Source: an uncultured virus (IMG/VR IMGVR_UViG_3300042863_002246)
Taxonomy: Duplodnaviria; Heunggongvirae; Uroviricota; Caudoviricetes
Strand: one strand, 5' to 3'
DNA: 64,000 bases
IMG/VR virus record: IMGVR_UViG_3300042863_002246
In this document: positions 62,601-64,000 of the stretch, piece after piece
Layout: the number at the start of each line of letters is the position of its first letter
Position numbering within the stretch: the first letter of the stretch is position 1
Made by a program: the position numbers and the translations under genes
Notes under the pieces: model-generated
Told to the model about the DNA's origin: nothing
Seen by the model: only the letters and a program-made list of their open reading frames with translations
The model's database searches: none

Positions 62601-64000
62601 ATGGTGTTGTGAGATTTGTTATTAAAACGTTTTTATAACTGAATATTGATATTGTCGGGCTATTTTCGTAAGTAACGTAGATATCACCGTTGTCTGTGTT
62701 TATCAACATGTCCGCTGCCGTGTTGGTTAATGTTATAGATGTTACTATTATGTTTAATACAGGATCGACAACCCATAATTTGGTTTTTGATAGACAATAT
62801 AGGAAGCTATTGAAAGTATTGAATTCTATCTCTATACTATCAGTGTTTCCTGTAAGATATATTGTAGATAGATATACTCCGGTATATGCATCCATTGCAC
62901 TAAGATTGTCTCCTAACACAAAAACAGAGTTGGATAGCTGTATGTATTTCATATCAATAAGATTTGAAACTCCAGGCTGTCCACTTATGTTATAGTTTAT
63001 TGTTTCGTAGTCGTTGAAGTTATAGTTTACACCAAACATCTCTTGATTATGTTGTATAGGGTTGAATGGCCCTCCTTGTCCTGTTGGTCCTACCGCAGGA
63101 TCACACGTAGTCTGTCCAAATCCTATAGTGAATGCTAAAGTTATGAATCCAGATGATCTACAAGGTGCACTTTCTAATCCCCAGAAAGGTCCTTGGTAGT
63201 TAAGACTCATAATCTTTGGATCAACACTAAGAAGATTATATTTTACGTCTTGTAAAGGATGAGGTGTACTATTTACACCAATTACTCTTCCTGTTCCAAA
63301 CCCCGCATCTTCAAAAGATGAATTTGCATCGGATTTTATTAGTCTTACTTCATTTCCAGTAACAATAGTTCCTTTGTTTCCTTTAATCTTTTTAGTTATC
63401 ACATAGTCTGTCTGACCAGGTAGCATAATCTTACCGGTCTTTATGGTATAGTCAAGTCTTCTGTCTGTTCTTTTGACATCAAACTTCAATAGATTATTTA
63501 TACTTTTAACTATTATTCCGTATGTTTCTAATACTGGAGCATGTTCTTCTGTCCATGCTACCAATGTTGCGGGAATATCCGGTAATTTCACGGTTGCGGT
63601 TGATGATGTTGATGATACGGTCGCACCTGTGTTGTCAAGGAAGGTTCCGTATATTGTCTGCATCTCATATGGTTTGCTGTTTATTGTAAACGATAGATTT
63701 CCACCTATTTCATTGAATAAAACTTTAGAGTGTTCTATATGATAATCTGCGGTTGTTCCTACTTCTATTCGATTTATTTCTATAGGTATGTTAGGATATT
63801 CCGATCTTATTACAATGGCGTTGTAGAATGGTGAAACATAACTTCCTAAGTATTCTAAATCTGCTGTGATTCCTAATGCACGAAGTCTGACAAAGTTTCT
63901 AGATAACCAGTTTCTTAGAGTTCTATCTATAGTTCTTTGCATATCTGGTGCCGCACCTGAATATATCCAAGCCACTTCTTCTTCATATACTTGTTTGTTG
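59662..64000 (-). CDS. Large virion (baseplate wedge-like) protein with beta-propeller, 5'-truncated by the window edge
   Basis: Frame open to position 64000; YN..x..IYV propeller repeats; PYIGSYKSIINAINFFGY; W...Y..GD.V.Y.G..Y small carbohydrate-binding-like repeats. Confidence 0.65.
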   Translation of the reverse strand, partial: NKQVYEEEVAWIYSGAAPDMQRTIDRTLRNWLSRNFVRLRALGITADLEYLGSYVSPFYNAIVIRSEYPNIPIEINRIEVGTTADYHIEHSKVLFNEIGGNLSFTINSKPYEMQTIYGTFLDNTGATVSSTSSTATVKLPDIPATLVAWTEEHAPVLETYGIIVKSINNLLKFDVKRTDRRLDYTIKTGKIMLPGQTDYVITKKIKGNKGTIVTGNEVRLIKSDANSSFEDAGFGTGRVIGVNSTPHPLQDVKYNLLSVDPKIMSLNYQGPFWGLESAPCRSSGFITLAFTIGFGQTTCDPAVGPTGQGGPFNPIQHNQEMFGVNYNFNDYETINYNISGQPGVSNLIDMKYIQLSNSVFVLGDNLSAMDAYTGVYLSTIYLTGNTDSIEIEFNTFNSFLYCLSKTKLWVVDPVLNIIVTSITLTNTAADMLINTDNGDIYVTYENSPTISIFSYKNVLITNLTTPSPTDTKTGKMVYNEFEKDIYITTDADLLIRVNGATRDIQTSYNIPDLAQSSIFYEPVNESVYVYADAQLWRIDNGLTASVPGMTMSEFVDVIYNNLTGEMNVSDKTFRFRSLNLTDNTINIDRNPSIYGRMALNQYDGGVYLASDTTSTVCVVDSANGVVVHTETTPAISKRILYNPEDKSIWTLQPSMANVFVIKPTVNSIVDIIGVTGSSIDEGQFGTLNPNYVKPTELWVKAYECVRRPRENFEGDVAVKYYWRWLTDENPEFFIYDLSGEQLEKTGPYTYKGPKPFKDVPLNKYPNRDINKVDLPEYQQIVFDSVEYELSYIDDQDDVSTEPTPLQLFLGFKAPEEGAYSSFLQLYKREEVEFSITSTPTNDTIISFDTLTSDGYKRGQIKLNMMSEETFIGKGLKVGQYLGIEIKDITNTKNQYISTNSGYVVKISEIYNKTIIVDFFNIDLDFFESEKTVITDYPKSGTTTYLKTTLFVTDREIARFKTIGQTEIEDPRFKIELGNVGKNIGHNEIFIFKDYDILEGGVDWNFLNMKRKELLMMKHLIYPYIGSYKSIINAINFFGYNDLQLNEYYRNINTTSENFLKLFKVEIPDIFDNSVEGWTENDFVKHTFPNENFEETNLFNLTYFITDKEGNNLLGYSIDDITIKLQGLKFWLKSNIIPLTHKILDITGRAYFTGGTQITHRVHDMRIVNIRESMTPISFKLNEAYLMPVNSGSTVYNCVLDFYTIVDGVGADKNPTGLVPPPRPYYEFKENMVLPEYFTIKIRTYKTYKEWAPFTNYMKGDKVTYYGKIYESAQDNNKVKSPRKNEDVEDWDANGTYGVTNIVKYNREMFVYSGLGATYSAIPPVLDQGDDQNWLNITEWLEIDLEPVQTIDEYRRILPPPKVGATHSIISMKENGPHKTPIIAPFNFALDSNIDPFIVIEISSENGYGAVYRDRKNYEIRGIKDLVDSSGMRDIIGPFTPIEPVY

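Noticed and set aside
1848..63742. Numerous 60-175 aa ORFs antisense to or nested in long genes (e.g. 8882-9346, 10680-11036, 11862-12374, 23302-23829, 24923-25216)
   Set aside because: Shadow frames of real genes with no motifs, promoters or plausible composition
1..64000. Alternative genetic code (TAG or TGA recoding as in some huge phages)
   Set aside because: Genes tile the window at high density under the standard code, and TAG (4595, 8827, 15417) and TGA (30516) end genes at natural boundaries
1..64000. tRNA, rRNA or structured ncRNA genes
   Set aside because: Intergenic gaps are short and AT-rich; only terminator hairpins were seen, no cloverleaf or T-loop motifs

Overview
AT-rich, densely coding 64-kb segment of a T4-like jumbo/huge tailed phage (standard genetic code), probably infecting a Bacteroidota host (A-rich starts without Shine-Dalgarno sites, TAnnTTTG promoter boxes, Bacteroidota-like M42 peptidase, lipoprotein and DUF6576-like motifs). 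It holds a baseplate cluster (gp53/LysM-like, gp5-like OB-fold, gp27-like hub) decorated with peptidoglycan-directed domains (M15, GH19, OmpA); replication/recombination genes (UvsW, primase, C-terminal half of a split PolB, sliding clamp, UvsY); host-like enzymes (ClpP, M42 peptidase, PLP aminotransferase, PPK2, DHH and HAD phosphoesterases, amidoligase); RNA-repair-type genes; an endolysin, a tape-measure-like protein and tail/virion proteins. Main observations: (1) about 15 unrelated proteins, including PPK2, DHH and HAD enzymes, carry an N-terminal tag resembling the T4 capsid-targeting sequence, suggesting a large head-packaged cargo set; (2) an L,D-peptidase-like domain is split between the gp5-like protein and the adjacent OmpA protein with its catalytic Cys lost, while an intact copy lies at 42246-42842; (3) baseplate-linked hydrolases are built from shared modules joined by (GTS)n linkers; (4) three promoter classes can be read from the sequence (TAnnTTTG, TAAAC-N16-18-TATAAT-like, TAATATATA); (5) two further short peptide motifs recur across small unrelated proteins. 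All family calls come from motif recognition by eye, without database searches.
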